In this document: positions 62,624 to 64,000 of the stretch, one piece after another
Numbering within the stretch: the stretch's first letter is position 1
Layout: every line of letters starts with the position of its first letter
NCBI GenBank assembly: GCA_046735175.1
Contig: JBKPSP010000027.1
Location: 220 to 64,219, forward strand
Origin: Acidobacteriota bacterium
Lineage (GTDB): Bacteria > Acidobacteriota > Terriglobia > Terriglobales > Acidobacteriaceae
Length of the DNA stretch: 64,000 bases
Direction: 5' to 3'
Notes under the pieces: model-generated
Databases searched by the model: none
Told to the model about the DNA's origin: nothing
Seen by the model: the letters and a program-made list of their open reading frames with translations, nothing else
Program-made: the position numbers and the translations under genes

Positions 62624-64000
62624 GATGTCGAACTGCTCCTGGTGCAGCGCCGGGTCGCTCTTGACGATGATCGTCTTCTTCGAGAGCTCTTCGAGTTCAT
62701 TCAACCAGCGGCCGTTGTTAGTCTTCAGCGCCTTGGCCACTTCGGGATTCACGCGCAGCATCACGTCTGAGTGCTCCAAGTGCTTTGAGATCTTTCGCAT
62801 CTCGACATAGATCTCGTTGCAAACGGTATTGACGTTTTTCACGAATCCGGTGGCTTCGCAGTACGGGCATGGCGAGCCGATGGTGCGCTCGAGGGATTGC
62901 TTTACGCGCTTGCGCGTGATTGCCACCAGGCCGAAGTCGTTAAACTGCAGGACCTTCGACGGCGAGCGGTCGGCGCGCAGTGCTTCTTCCAAAGCCTGCA
63001 TGACCTTCTGGCGGTTGCGGCGCTCGTCCATGTCGATGAAGTCGATCACGATGATGCCGCCGAGGTCGCGCAGGCGAATCTGGCGGACGATCTCTTTGAT
63101 CGCGTCCACGTTGGTTTTAACGATGGTGTCTTCGAGGCGCGCAGTCTTGCCAACGTACTTGCCGGTGTTGACGTCAATCGCGACCAGAGCTTCGGTTTGA
63201 TTGATGACAATGTAGCCGCCGCTCTTCAGCCAAACTTTCGACTTGAGAGCTTTGTCGATTTCGTCCTTGAGGCCGAATTGTTCGAAGAGCGGAGTCTCTT
63301 TCGAGTAGAGCTTCACGCGCCGGACCAGCGCGGGCTGGAAACGGTTGGCGAAGCGCAGGATGCGCTCGTACTCCTGCTCGGTGTCAACCCAGATGGCTGA
63401 GAAATCGGACGTGACCTGGTCGCGCAGAATGCGTTCGACGACGTTCAGGTCGTGATAGATCAGCGCGGGCGGCTTGCTGTTTTCTGCGCGGGTGCGGATC
63501 TCGTTCCACAGGCCTTTCAGGAAACGGATGTCGGCGCGGAGTTCGTCTTCTGCGGCGCTCTGCGCGGCGGTGCGGACGATGAAGCCGCCATGGCCATTTT
63601 CGCGCTCGCTGTTGATGATGCGCTTCAGTCGCTGGCGCTCTTCTTCGGAAGCAATCTTGCGGGAGACGCCGGTGTGGTTCACGGTCGGCATGTAAACCAG
63701 AAAACGTCCGGGAAGCGCGATGTGGCTGGTGATGCGCGCGCCCTTTTTGCCGATCGGTTCTTTGGCTATCTGGACAAGAATCTCCTGGCCTTCTTTGAGG
63801 AGATCGGTGATCTGCGGAAGGTTCTGCGGCTCGGTGCGGCGGAAGCGGCGTCCACCGCCGCCGCGGCGGAAACCTCCGCGCCGTCCGCGGTCGCGGTCGA
63901 AGGAACGGCGCGGGCGTTGGGTGTAAGCGGCGGTTGCAGCAGGAGCACGTACTTCGACGCGGGCGTCGACGGTGCCATTGCCGATGGCTTCAGCGTCAAG
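62618..64000 (-). CDS. Rne/Rng-family ribonuclease (RNase E/G), 5' end outside the window
   Basis: The frame is open to nt 64000. The S1-domain end (LKEGQEILVQIAKEPIGKKGARITSHIALPGRFLVYMP) is followed by the RNase E/G catalytic core (GGFIVRTA..., IDVNTGK, DFIDM) and a C-x2-C Zn-link (CPYCEATG). Confidence 0.9.
   Translation of the reverse strand, partial: LDAEAIGNGTVDARVEVRAPAATAAYTQRPRRSFDRDRGRRGGFRRGGGGRRFRRTEPQNLPQITDLLKEGQEILVQIAKEPIGKKGARITSHIALPGRFLVYMPTVNHTGVSRKIASEEERQRLKRIINSERENGHGGFIVRTAAQSAAEDELRADIRFLKGLWNEIRTRAENSKPPALIYHDLNVVERILRDQVTSDFSAIWVDTEQEYERILRFANRFQPALVRRVKLYSKETPLFEQFGLKDEIDKALKSKVWLKSGGYIVINQTEALVAIDVNTGKYVGKTARLEDTIVKTNVDAIKEIVRQIRLRDLGGIIVIDFIDMDERRNRQKVMQALEEALRADRSPSKVLQFNDFGLVAITRKRVKQSLERTIGSPCPYCEATGFVKNVNTVCNEIYVEMRKISKHLEHSDVMLRVNPEVAKALKTNNGRWLNELEELSKKTIIVKSDPALHQEQFDIN

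Noticed and set aside
1-64000. tRNA, rRNA, tmRNA, transposase, integrase or prophage genes
   Set aside because: I scanned intergenic regions for T-loop-like GTTCRANYC motifs and cloverleaf-sized gaps and found none. No ORF resembles a transposase, recombinase or phage structural protein. The PF04020 holin-family gene at 30378-30737 stands alone without lysis or phage neighbours. A tRNAscan or Infernal run would be needed for certainty.

Overview
64-kb chromosomal segment, roughly 57-59% G+C by eye. Gene content and intergenic repeat families look like Acidobacteriota; this is an inference, not a database result. No rRNA, tRNA, CRISPR array, transposase or integrase was recognised.

Content from left to right:
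(1) A large exopolysaccharide locus (nt 2-13151). It has a 5'-truncated GH18-like/NodB deacetylase/GT2 synthase fusion and an embedded tryptophanase-family gene. A seven-gene minus-strand operon follows: export protein, chain-length determinant, degenerate BY-kinase-like protein, sugar transferase, Wzy/O-antigen-ligase-like protein, GT4, and a GT4-GT4 fusion. Its order matches PEP-CTERM/exosortase-type EPS loci.
(2) Housekeeping genes: rpiA, lepA, ihfB-like, sppA, tyrS, purN, purU, cspA-type, a 2-oxoacid dehydrogenase E1-beta/E2 pair, a GcvT-family gene and an RNase E/G gene.
(3) Envelope and uptake genes: a GH39-like hydrolase, a TonB-dependent receptor, a CusF-like/VKOR pair and a SIMPL protein.
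(4) Signalling genes.

Observations most worth follow-up:
- A HisKA_2 histidine kinase whose membrane domain aligns with the plant ETR1 ethylene-binding domain, including the Cys/His ligand pair.
- An in-frame chimera of a truncated sigma54-activator with the C-terminus of FliA. It sits next to an isolated fliM-fliN pair and an MshEN-type (c-di-GMP-binding-motif) protein, which looks like the scar of a deleted flagellar cluster.
- A frameshifted, AT-richer SIR2-like (NADase/defence-type) gene 24 nt downstream of the lipoylated E2 gene.
- An AT-richer ParA-like ATPase plus small partner module, flanked by an 11-nt near-direct repeat.
- At least 14 intergenic repeat loci in two families: tandem-heptamer inverted repeats and TTAACC(R)CAGAGG-type elements. 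They bracket genes, abut start codons and donate C-terminal codons to purN.

All domain calls come from motif recognition by eye. No searches were run.
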